DNA of 34,722 nucleotides from an uncultured Desulfovibrio sp. (GTDB lineage Bacteria; Desulfobacterota; Desulfovibrionia; Desulfovibrionales; Desulfovibrionaceae): contig URTO01000001.1 of the NCBI GenBank assembly GCA_900550745.1, positions 1-34,722 of the forward strand, in the 5' to 3' direction. The notes below the pieces were generated by a model. That model was given only the letters and a program-made list of their open reading frames with translations. It made no database searches and was not told the origin of the DNA. Numbering within the stretch: position 1 is the first letter of the stretch; each line of letters opens with the position of its first letter. This document shows, in pieces, positions 26,335 through 34,722 of this stretch. The translations under genes were made by a program, and so were the position numbers.

Positions 26335-29300
26335 TCAGCCTTGACGCGCACGGCGTTTCTTCCGCATCTCGACGCGCCGGGACGTTCCGGCGGCGGGCGC
26401 AGCGCGGCGCGTCCCCTCGTCGAGGAAGGCGGCCAACGTCCGTATGCTCGGATATTCAAAAACGCTCACTAGGGGGAATTCGCGCCCAAAACGCCTTGCC
26501 AGCTCCCTGTGCAGCCGCACGGCGAGGACTGAAGTGCCGCCCACATCGAAAAAATTGTCGTCGATGTTCAGCACCGCGCGCCCAAGAACGTCTTCCCACG
26601 CCTGCCCCACGGCCTTCTCGGCCTCGGACGAAGCCGGAGCAGCCGCACTCTCCTGAAAGGCCGCTTCCCCAGCCGTCTGAAGGAGCCGTTTCCTGTCCAC
26701 CTTCCCATTGCCCGACAACGGCAGGGCCTCCAGCGTCACGAGGGCCGAGGGCACCATGTAGTCGGGCAGGCGTTCGCGGACGGTTCCGAGGACGGCCCGC
26801 TCCTCGACCGCCCCTTCGGGGACGATGAAGGCGATCAGCTTCTTGGCGGCGGCGTTTTCGCCCGCCACCGCCACGACAGCCTCCCGGACATCGGGACGGG
26901 ACAACAGTACGGCCTCGATTTCGCCAAGCTCGATCCGATGGCCCCGGATCTTCACCTGAAAGTCCTTTCGGCCCAGAAACTCGATATTTCCGTCTCGCAG
27001 CATCCGGCCCACGTCGCCGGTGCGGTACAGCCGTTCGCCGGTTTCCGGGTGCACAATGAAACTCTCGGCCGTTCGGGCGGCGTCGCGCCAGTATTCGCGC
27101 GCCAGCCCCACGCCGCCGATGTACAGATCGCCGGGGACACCGTCGGGGCATGCCTCCAGCCGGGCGTTCAGCACATGGAAACGCTGATTGCGCATGGGAC
27201 GCCCGTACGGGATGCTCTTCCATTCCGGGAGCACGTCCCCAATGGGGTACAGAATGGACCAGATGGAAGCCTCCGTAGCCCCGCCGAGGCTGAACAGCTT
27301 CGCCTCGGGAGCGACGGCGCGGATCCGCCGGGGCAAGTCCAGCGGAATCCAGTCGCCGCTCATCAGGACAAGGCGCAGGGGGACGTCGCCCGCCTTCCCT
27401 GCAAATTCCATATATTCCACCAGCATCTGCACCAGCATGGGCACGGAGTTCCAGATCGTGACGCCGTGCCGCGAGGCCAGCTCCAGCCAGTGGGAGGGAT
27501 CTTTCAGCCTGTCGGCATCGGGCAGCACGACGGCGGCCCCGGAGAGCAGCGCGCCCCAGATGTCGTAGACGGACAGGTCAAAATGCAGCGCGGAAAGGCC
27601 GAACAGCCGATCCCCAGCCCCCACCCCAAAACGCCCGTTGACATCAAGAAGGGTATTCACGGCCCCACGGTGGTCGATGGCGACCCCCTTGGGCCGTCCC
27701 GTGGAGCCAGACGTGTAGATGATGTAGGCCAACTCATCAGGCTCCACAGGCACGGCCTCCGAAAGCCCTTCTTCTGGGGGGAGGCCGTCCACGGCGACGA
27801 CCAGCGCGCCTTCGGGCCAGCGCAACGTCTCCGCGTACTTCGCCTGCGTCAGAATGGTGCGGAAGCCCGCGCCGTCCGCAATCTGCTCAAGCCGGGCGTA
27901 AGGGACATGGGCGTCCACGGGGACGTAGACGGCCCCCGCCAGCGCGATGCCCGCAACGGCGACGACCTGTTCCCAGCCCTTTTCCATCACCACCCCGACA
28001 AGATCCCCGCGGCTGACGCCTTGGTGCGCCAGAGTATGCGCGACGGCACCCGCACGGCGGAGAACCTCTTCATACGACAACGTCCGTGCGGAGGTTATGA
28101 CGGCCGGGGCGTCGGGCGTCGCCTGAGCCTGCCGGAGGAAAAGGGAGGCCAGCGTTTCCCCGGAAAGGGGGCCTTCGGTGGCGTTGTAGCCGATCCGGGA
28201 CTGCCGCTGGGCTTCGGGAAGCGTGAGCGGCGAAGCCTCCAGCCACGCGGCGTCGTCCGCGGCCAGCCGATTGAGCAACCTCACGTAGGCGTCGAACATG
28301 GCTTCCACGAGCCCCTCCGGGAACAGCCCCTCGACGGCGTCCCAGTTGAGCATGAGGCGGCCCTCCTGCTCATAGGTCTGGTGGTCGAGCCATACCTGCG
28401 GGGTCTGGGTGATGCTCGTGACGAGCGTTCCCATGCCGGAGAACCCCGACGCATCGCGGCCTGCCTTTCCAAGGCTGACCGCCCCGGTGAACACGATGGG
28501 CATGCGCGCCGGTTTGCCGCGCAGCGCAAGCTCGCGCAACACCTGCACGCCGCTCACAAGCCGATGGCTCATGTCTTCCCAGAGCTGCCGCTGGACGCCG
28601 AGGGCGCGCTCCCTGAAGGATGCGCCGGAAACGGCGTCCACGGCGAGCAGGTTGAGGGAGGAGAAATCCCCGACGACATCGTTGACCTGATCGTGCAGCG
28701 GAAGCCGGTTGAACAGCGTCAGGTTCAGGGTAAAGCGGGGGCCGACACTCCAGCGAGCCAGCGTTTCGGCATAGGCGGCTACGAGCAGGCCGGACGGCGT
28801 CAGCCCGTTCCGGCGGATGCGGGCCTTGAAGCCCTCCCAGACGGGGGCCTCCAGAACCGCGCTCAAGCGTACCGTCCGGGGCGCGTCAAGTTCCGAAGGC
28901 TGCTTCGCCAGCGGAAGTTCCGGCGCGGGAGGCAGGTCGTCCAAGCGTTTTTTCCAATATTCAAAATCACTGCGCCAGAGGGGGGTATCGACGATCTTCC
29001 GCTCCGCAAGCACATAGTCGCGGAAGGACAGGCGCAGTTCGGGGAGCCGCTCGCCGGGCGAGCGGTACAGCCGCAGCCATTCGTCGACAAGCAGGAAGAT
29101 GCTCCATGCGTCGGCGATCATGGCGTCGAAATCGAGGAACAGGCGGAGACGCTCTTCCCCGTCCCGCAGGTACCGGGCCACGCGGATATCGAACAACGGC
29201 CATGTATCCGCCGGGAGCAACTGCCCGGACATGGCCCGGCGGACATTCCCGATGGCCCCTTCCGGGGCCGCATCATCCCTCAGATCATAAACCGGGAAAC

Positions 29301-32300
29301 GGTACTCGCCCACGGAAGGCAGGATCGCCTGCGTGCCGTCCGGCAGGAACACGGCGCGCAGCATCTCGTGACGTTCGATCAGCCGGTTCCAGGCACCGTT
29401 GAGCCGTTCGATGTCCATGCCCGCATTGTCGAATTCAAAATAGACGTGGCTCGAAACCTTTCCCAACTCGTAGGCCCCGATGCGGCCGATCCAGTAGGCA
29501 TATTGCACGTCCGTCAGCGGGAACGGCTCGGAGCGTTCCCCTTCCCGCGGCTCCACGGCGGGCAGGGACGCCGCATCCGGGAGGGCAGGCCCGTTTTCCC
29601 GCGCCTCCGCCTCAAGGCTCTCCGCGAGACGCGCGATGTCGGGGAACCGGAAAAGCCGATCAAGGGTCAGTTCCGCGCCGAGCTCCTTCCGCACTTCCGC
29701 GACAAGGTGGGTCGCCACGAGCGAGTCCCCGCCGAGCTCAAAGAAATTGTCCCGCACGCCGACCTGCGGCACCTGCAAAATGCGCTCCCATATGCGGGCG
29801 AGCGCGTTTTCCAGCTCCGTCGCGGGCCGGGCTTCCTCGCATGCCTTTTCCTCAAACGGGGGGAGGGCCTTGCGATCCAGTTTCCCGTTGGCGGACAGGG
29901 GCAAGGCGTCGAGCGCCATGAACGCGGAGGGCACCATGTATTCGGGGACGCGATCACGAAGGAACGCCTCCAGCGCGCGGAACAGGCCCTCTTCGTCCGC
30001 CGCGGGCTCCCGCAGCACCAGATAGGCCCCCAGCCGCCGGATGCCCCGCGCACCGGAAACCGGCATCGCCACAACGTCCTTTACCAGCGGGTGCTCTTTC
30101 AGGGCTGCTTCGATTTCGCCCAGCTCAATGCGGTGCCCGCGGATCTTCACCTGACTGTCGGCGCGGCCAAGGAATTCGATGGTGCCGTCCGGCCAGAAAC
30201 GTCCGAGGTCGCCCGTCCGATACCAGCGCATCCCGTCAATATTGCGGAAACGCTGGGCCGTCAGTTCGGGATCGCCCAGATAGCAGCGGGCGACGCCAGC
30301 CCCGCCGATCCACAGCTCGCCGTCCACCAGATCCGGGCAGTCGCGGCCCTTGGCGTCCACCACCCGGTAGGACTGCCGGGACAAGGGGCGTCCGTAGGGA
30401 ATCGACTTCCACTCGGCGGGGATCGGCACCTCAACCTCCATGATGTTCGACCAGATCGAGGCTTCCGTGGCCCCGCCCATCGCGATGAGCCTTGCTCCGG
30501 GGGCCGCGTCCTTCAGCCGCTGCGGCAGATCAAGCCCGATCCAGTCCCCTGAAAGCATGGCCAGACGCAGCGGGAGCCTGCTTCCGTGCGCTTCGGCATC
30601 CACCAGCAGCATGTCGAGCAGGATGGGCACTGTGTTCCAGACCGTGACGCCGTATTCGAGGACGATCCGGCGCCAGTCCCCTGCGCTGCGGCGTATCGCC
30701 TCGCCGATGGCGACGATGGCCGCGCCGGACGAGAGCATCCCGAAAATATCGTATACGGAAAGGTCGAAATCGAGCGAGGACACGGCAAGGCATGCGTCAC
30801 CCTCGCCCACATGGAACCGCCCGTTGATGTCCGCAATCGTGTTCCGCGCGCTGCGGTGCTCAATGGCCACGCCTTTGGGCTCGCCCGTGGAGCCGGAGGT
30901 AAAGATGACGTAGGCGAGATCATCGGGAGCGACCGCCGCCGGCTCCGCAAGCGCCTCCACGGCATGGCGCTCCGCGATGTCAATCAGTTCAGCTCCAGAT
31001 GGGAGCGAGGCCGCGTCCAGTACATCCGTACGGCTCAGGACAAAGCGGACGCCGATTTTCCGATGGATGCGCTCACGCCGCGCCAACGGCTGGGAAGGGC
31101 TTACCGGCACATAGAATCCGCCCGCCGCGAGGACGCCCAGCACGGCGACAATCTGTTCCCTGCCGCGCGGCAAGGTCACCGCCACCGGCGTCCCGCGTTC
31201 CACGCCGCGCCGACGCAGCAAGGCCGCCGTCCGCAGCGCCTCCCCCGCCAGTTCCCCATAGGTGATCCGCTCACCGCTCAGCCCGTCGATGACCGCGACC
31301 GTATCCGCCGCCTCGGCAGCGCGGACGAAAAACGGCCCGTGCATCGTCTCTTCAGGCGCGGGGAGGGCCAAAGCCCTGTCACACCCGCGCCGTTCGCGCT
31401 GCCGCTCCGGCAGCACGTCGGGGACGCATTCCCAATGGGCGGCGTCAGCGGCGAGCCATTCCAAAAGCCGTCCATAGGCGTGCAGCATCTCATCAATCAG
31501 CCCTTCGGCAAAAAGTTCCTCCGCCGTATCCCACGCGAGGGCGAGTCCGCCGTCTTCGGTTTCGTACATCTGGAAGTCAAGCCAGACCTGCGGCGTCTGG
31601 GACAGCATGTAGTGGAGCCTGCCGAGCGTTTCCCGGCATTCCTGCGTCAGCAGGGGGTTCCCCAGATTGCACGCGAAGACCACGGGCGCGATGAACCGCT
31701 CGTCGGGGCGCATCCTGGCAATGTCGCGCTGAATCCGCACGCCGGAGTAGGAGGAATGGGCCACGTTCTCGTAAAAACGGGATTGGACGTCGCGCAGGCG
31801 TCCGAGGAAAGGCTTCTCCTCGGTGCAGTCCACATCGACGAGCAGCAGGTTGGTGAAGTCCGCCACCACGTCCTCCAGCCCTTCCTCGCCCGTTTCCCGA
31901 TCGAAGAGCGGCAGGTTGATGAAAAAGCGGGGCACGGAACTCCAGCGATCGAGGATTTCGGCGTAGGCCGTCAGCAGCGCCATCGCCGCCGTCGCCTCAT
32001 GGGCCGCCGCCTCGGCCTTGAGCGCGCGCCACGTCCCGGCGGACAAAAAATACAGCCTGCGGCGGTACGAAGCCCGAAGCACCTCTTCGGGGTTCCTCTT
32101 CAGCGGAAGCGCGGGCGCGCCGGGGAGTTCGGGCAGGCGCCCGGCCCAATAGGCGGCGTCGCGCTCCCTGTCCGCCACGTCCCGCGCGTCCTTGCGGGCC
32201 AAATAGTCGGAGAAGCGCCACGCCTCCGGCGCGGGCGGCACGACGCCGCGGGCGTAAGCCGCCGAAAGGTCGCGCAGCACGATGCAGAAGCTCTGCACGT

Positions 32301-33009
32301 CGGCCACCAGCAGATCGATGTCGAAGAACAGGCGGGTGCGCCCGTCCGGGAGCAGGCACAGCTCCAGACCGGCAAGCCTGCCCTGCTCTACCGCGAAACG
32401 GCGGTGTGAAAGTTCCTCGCGGAGCCGTTCCAGACGGTCGGCCACGGTTCCCGCGTCGGCCTCCCGGAGATCGTGGACGATCAGCTCTTCCGAGGCGGGT
32501 TCCGGCAGGACGAGCTGCCTGCCGTCTTCGAGGAACGCGGCGCGCAGCAGGCTGTGGTGCGCAAGCACCGTCCGCCACGCCCCAGCCAACCTGTCCGGCT
32601 CGACCCCTTCGCCGTCCAGCTCAAGGTAGGCATGGCAGCCGACGCCGCCGAGCGGCTGTCCGTCACGCCGCCCGATCCAATAGGCATACTGCACGTCCGT
32701 CAGAGGGAAAGGCTCGTCCTGCGTCCGCTGCGGAAGGGGCGAGGCGGGGACGGCCCGCTCCGCGCCGATCCCGGCCTTCCGGCGGAGGATCTCCATCCAG
32801 CTCGACAGCGTAGGTTCGGCGATCATTTCTGCGAACGTGACCTTGACCCCGGCCTTGCGCCACCTGCTGACCAGACGCATGATCTTCAGGGAGTCCAGCC
32901 CGAGGCCGACAAGGTTGTCGCCATCGGAAAAACCGGGCTCCGCGATCAGCCCCCCTATGGTTTCGCGGACGGAATCGTATTCAATGACCGCAGGATCCTT
33001 CATTGCCAT
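26335..33009 (-). CDS. NRPS1: ArCP-Cy-A(Cys)-PCP-Cy-A(Cys)-PCP, HMWP2/PchE-like
   Basis: LGLDSL (ArCP); two FPLTDVQYAYWIGR Cy starts with DLLVADVQS and DAMIADAWS motifs; two A domains with hand-read codes DLYNMSMI and DLYNLSLI; PCPs GGDSL and GGTSV. Confidence 0.93.
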   Translation of the reverse strand: MAMKDPAVIEYDSVRETIGGLIAEPGFSDGDNLVGLGLDSLKIMRLVSRWRKAGVKVTFAEMIAEPTLSSWMEILRRKAGIGAERAVPASPLPQRTQDEPFPLTDVQYAYWIGRRDGQPLGGVGCHAYLELDGEGVEPDRLAGAWRTVLAHHSLLRAAFLEDGRQLVLPEPASEELIVHDLREADAGTVADRLERLREELSHRRFAVEQGRLAGLELCLLPDGRTRLFFDIDLLVADVQSFCIVLRDLSAAYARGVVPPAPEAWRFSDYLARKDARDVADRERDAAYWAGRLPELPGAPALPLKRNPEEVLRASYRRRLYFLSAGTWRALKAEAAAHEATAAMALLTAYAEILDRWSSVPRFFINLPLFDRETGEEGLEDVVADFTNLLLVDVDCTEEKPFLGRLRDVQSRFYENVAHSSYSGVRIQRDIARMRPDERFIAPVVFACNLGNPLLTQECRETLGRLHYMLSQTPQVWLDFQMYETEDGGLALAWDTAEELFAEGLIDEMLHAYGRLLEWLAADAAHWECVPDVLPERQRERRGCDRALALPAPEETMHGPFFVRAAEAADTVAVIDGLSGERITYGELAGEALRTAALLRRRGVERGTPVAVTLPRGREQIVAVLGVLAAGGFYVPVSPSQPLARRERIHRKIGVRFVLSRTDVLDAASLPSGAELIDIAERHAVEALAEPAAVAPDDLAYVIFTSGSTGEPKGVAIEHRSARNTIADINGRFHVGEGDACLAVSSLDFDLSVYDIFGMLSSGAAIVAIGEAIRRSAGDWRRIVLEYGVTVWNTVPILLDMLLVDAEAHGSRLPLRLAMLSGDWIGLDLPQRLKDAAPGARLIAMGGATEASIWSNIMEVEVPIPAEWKSIPYGRPLSRQSYRVVDAKGRDCPDLVDGELWIGGAGVARCYLGDPELTAQRFRNIDGMRWYRTGDLGRFWPDGTIEFLGRADSQVKIRGHRIELGEIEAALKEHPLVKDVVAMPVSGARGIRRLGAYLVLREPAADEEGLFRALEAFLRDRVPEYMVPSAFMALDALPLSANGKLDRKALPPFEEKACEEARPATELENALARIWERILQVPQVGVRDNFFELGGDSLVATHLVAEVRKELGAELTLDRLFRFPDIARLAESLEAEARENGPALPDAASLPAVEPREGERSEPFPLTDVQYAYWIGRIGAYELGKVSSHVYFEFDNAGMDIERLNGAWNRLIERHEMLRAVFLPDGTQAILPSVGEYRFPVYDLRDDAAPEGAIGNVRRAMSGQLLPADTWPLFDIRVARYLRDGEERLRLFLDFDAMIADAWSIFLLVDEWLRLYRSPGERLPELRLSFRDYVLAERKIVDTPLWRSDFEYWKKRLDDLPPAPELPLAKQPSELDAPRTVRLSAVLEAPVWEGFKARIRRNGLTPSGLLVAAYAETLARWSVGPRFTLNLTLFNRLPLHDQVNDVVGDFSSLNLLAVDAVSGASFRERALGVQRQLWEDMSHRLVSGVQVLRELALRGKPARMPIVFTGAVSLGKAGRDASGFSGMGTLVTSITQTPQVWLDHQTYEQEGRLMLNWDAVEGLFPEGLVEAMFDAYVRLLNRLAADDAAWLEASPLTLPEAQRQSRIGYNATEGPLSGETLASLFLRQAQATPDAPAVITSARTLSYEEVLRRAGAVAHTLAHQGVSRGDLVGVVMEKGWEQVVAVAGIALAGAVYVPVDAHVPYARLEQIADGAGFRTILTQAKYAETLRWPEGALVVAVDGLPPEEGLSEAVPVEPDELAYIIYTSGSTGRPKGVAIDHRGAVNTLLDVNGRFGVGAGDRLFGLSALHFDLSVYDIWGALLSGAAVVLPDADRLKDPSHWLELASRHGVTIWNSVPMLVQMLVEYMEFAGKAGDVPLRLVLMSGDWIPLDLPRRIRAVAPEAKLFSLGGATEASIWSILYPIGDVLPEWKSIPYGRPMRNQRFHVLNARLEACPDGVPGDLYIGGVGLAREYWRDAARTAESFIVHPETGERLYRTGDVGRMLRDGNIEFLGRKDFQVKIRGHRIELGEIEAVLLSRPDVREAVVAVAGENAAAKKLIAFIVPEGAVEERAVLGTVRERLPDYMVPSALVTLEALPLSGNGKVDRKRLLQTAGEAAFQESAAAPASSEAEKAVGQAWEDVLGRAVLNIDDNFFDVGGTSVLAVRLHRELARRFGREFPLVSVFEYPSIRTLAAFLDEGTRRAAPAAGTSRRVEMRKKRRARQG

Positions 33010-33047
33010 CGCTTCCTCTTTTTCCTTGAAGTGTGCTGGTGTCCATG

Positions 33048-33079
33048 AAAAACACCGGGAAAGGCGACCTCTCCCGGTG
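33048..33079 (-). terminator. Intrinsic terminator-like hairpin between the AMP ligase gene and NRPS1
   Basis: Minus strand CACCGGGAGAGG-TCG-CCTTTCCCGGTG (12-bp stem, one G-U) followed by TTTTT. Confidence 0.68.
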
Positions 33080-33096
33080 GGGAAACAGGCTGCGCC

Positions 33097-34701
33097 TCAG
33101 ACCTTGCGCCCGGCGTACCGCTCCTCAGCCATGGCCGAGAGCTTCCGCTTGTCGACCTTGCCGACGCTGGTCACGGGCCACACGTCGAGCTGTTCCAACT
33201 GATCCGGGTATTTGAAGCGGGCGACGCCGCTCGCCTCGAAGAAGGCGTAGACGGCGGCAAGGCTCACTTCGGCCCCGTCCGTCATGATCCAAGCGCAGAT
33301 GCGCTCGCCGAGGTCGTCGTCCTTCACGCCGACTACGGCGGCGTCCGTGATCAGCGGATGCGTCCGCAGCACGGTTTCGACCTCCACCGGGGCGATCTTT
33401 TCCCCGGCGCGGTTGATCTGTTCCTTGATGCGCCCGCAGACCTGAATCCGATCGCCGCAGACGATGCGGGCGATGTCCCCGGTGCGGTAATACCCGTCCT
33501 CGGTCACGGCGTGCCTGTTCGCCTCCGGCGCGCGGTAATAGCCCTGAATCGTGTAGGGGCCGCGGACGATCAGTTCGCCCGCCTCGCCGCGCGGCACGTC
33601 CCGGTCGTCCGCATCGACGATGCGGATTTCGTCGGCGGGCGAGATCGGGCGCCCCTGCGTATTGCAGATCACGCTCTCTTCGTCGTCCAGCGAAGTCGTG
33701 CAGATAAGCCCCTCCGCCGTGCCGAACACGTTGACCATCTTGCAGCCGAGCACCGGCTCCACGCGCGCCGCCATGCCGGGATCGACCGCCGCGCCGCCAG
33801 CCTCGATGAACACAAGGCTGGACAGATCCGCCTCTTCCCACTCCCTGGCTTCCAGCCAGAGGTTGAGGAGCGCGGGCACCAGCGCGGTGAACGTCACCTT
33901 TTCGCGTTCGATCAGCTCAAAGGCCTCGTCGCTGCCCACGCTTTCGGCCAGAACCACCTTGCCGCCGTTGATCAGCGTCCCGATGATTCCCGGAGACGAC
34001 AACGAGAAGTTGTGCGCGACGGGGAGAACCACCAGATACGCGCTGTCCTCGTTGAGGCCGCAACGCTCGGACGCGGCGCGGGCGTTATAGGCGTAATCGG
34101 TATGGCGGCGGGGGATCAGCTTGGGCGTGCCGGTCGTGCCCCCGGACAGCAGCAGAACCGCCGTTTCCGTAAACCGGGGCGGAGCCCAACTGATGACGGG
34201 GTTGGGCTTGCGCAGCGTTTCCAGAGGGATGGTACCCTCGATCCCGCCGTTGTCGGTGATGAGGTATTTCAGGTACGGATGGCCGTGGGAAAGGCTTTCG
34301 ACGATGGAACGGTATTCGGTGGAGCCGTATTTGTCCGTCGTGATATAGGCCACCGGCTCGGCCAGCCTGCACAATGCGGCGATGTCCGCCTCACGGCTCG
34401 CCGGAAGCCCCATGATGGGGATGCCTCCGAAGCGGAACAGCGCGAAAGCCGCCAGCACGAACTCCAGCCGGTTGGGAAGCTGGAGCAGAACACGGTCGCC
34501 GGGGCGGATGCCCAGCTCGATCATGCCCGCGGCATACTCGTCCACGAGCCGATCAAGCTCGCGGTACGTGACCCTTCTCCCGCCGGAGACGACGGCGATG
34601 CGCTCCGCATGCCGTTCCGCACTCCGGTGCAGTTCTTCGCCAAGCGAATACGGCTGCCAATACCCTTTGGCGATATACTTCTCCTCAGGCACGATATACA
34701 C
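33097..34701 (-). CDS. Aryl-acid (salicylate/2,3-DHB-type) AMP ligase, YbtE/PchD/DhbE family
   Basis: LSGGTTGTPKLIPRRH.DY, HNFSLSSPG, FGTAEGL, TQGRPISPADE, YYRTGD, GRIKEQINRAGEK, VGKVDK. GTG start with AAGGAG SD. Confidence 0.92.
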   Translation of the reverse strand: MYIVPEEKYIAKGYWQPYSLGEELHRSAERHAERIAVVSGGRRVTYRELDRLVDEYAAGMIELGIRPGDRVLLQLPNRLEFVLAAFALFRFGGIPIMGLPASREADIAALCRLAEPVAYITTDKYGSTEYRSIVESLSHGHPYLKYLITDNGGIEGTIPLETLRKPNPVISWAPPRFTETAVLLLSGGTTGTPKLIPRRHTDYAYNARAASERCGLNEDSAYLVVLPVAHNFSLSSPGIIGTLINGGKVVLAESVGSDEAFELIEREKVTFTALVPALLNLWLEAREWEEADLSSLVFIEAGGAAVDPGMAARVEPVLGCKMVNVFGTAEGLICTTSLDDEESVICNTQGRPISPADEIRIVDADDRDVPRGEAGELIVRGPYTIQGYYRAPEANRHAVTEDGYYRTGDIARIVCGDRIQVCGRIKEQINRAGEKIAPVEVETVLRTHPLITDAAVVGVKDDDLGERICAWIMTDGAEVSLAAVYAFFEASGVARFKYPDQLEQLDVWPVTSVGKVDKRKLSAMAEERYAGRKV

Positions 34702-34722
34702 TGCTGACTCCTTGTCGGATCA

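Noticed and set aside
26520..26560. PCP2 motif GGTS instead of GGDS as an inactive carrier
   Set aside because: The Ppant Ser is retained and GGTS is a tolerated variant.
19550..30915. Recurring DNA similarity around ccgtggagcc...gtaggc (~19562, ~27700, ~30885)
   Set aside because: These encode the conserved A3 motif (TSGSTG.PKG) of three paralogous A domains and are not a mobile or regulatory repeat.
2071..34707. Very long plus-strand ORFs (e.g. 2071-4392, 16378-19125, 22423-26472, 26938-30552, 33358-34707)
   Set aside because: They lie antisense to well-supported genes and show no recognisable motifs. They are expected shadows of GC-rich codon usage.

Overview
The window holds one minus-strand, GC-rich, probably iron-regulated gene cluster for a yersiniabactin/pyochelin-type aryl-thiazoline metallophore. 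The cluster probably continues beyond the right edge. In transcription order (right to left) it encodes: an aryl-acid AMP ligase; NRPS1 (ArCP-Cy-A-PCP-Cy-A-PCP); a single-module PKS (KS-AT-KR-ACP); NRPS2 (Cy-A[MT]-PCP-TE); a type II thioesterase; a crotonyl-CoA carboxylase/reductase (CCR); a LolA-like/DUF1302-like/MMPL export triad; an ACP-like protein lacking its catalytic Ser; a YbtPQ-like ABC pair; an AraC regulator; a TonB-dependent receptor; and ExbB-ExbD-TonB. The main novelty is that the PKS has no C-methyltransferase, carries an atypical AT (RAGH motif), and sits beside a CCR with small residues at the chain-length gate positions. Together these predict an alkyl-branched, possibly amphiphilic, yersiniabactin analogue with its own lipid-type exporter. 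Non-coding signals include two Fur-like boxes, a 21-bp-period tandem repeat before the receptor gene, a 29-bp repeat pair with a 30-bp spacer, a terminator inside the biosynthetic operon, and a MITE-like element at the left edge. All family calls come from motif reading, not database searches.
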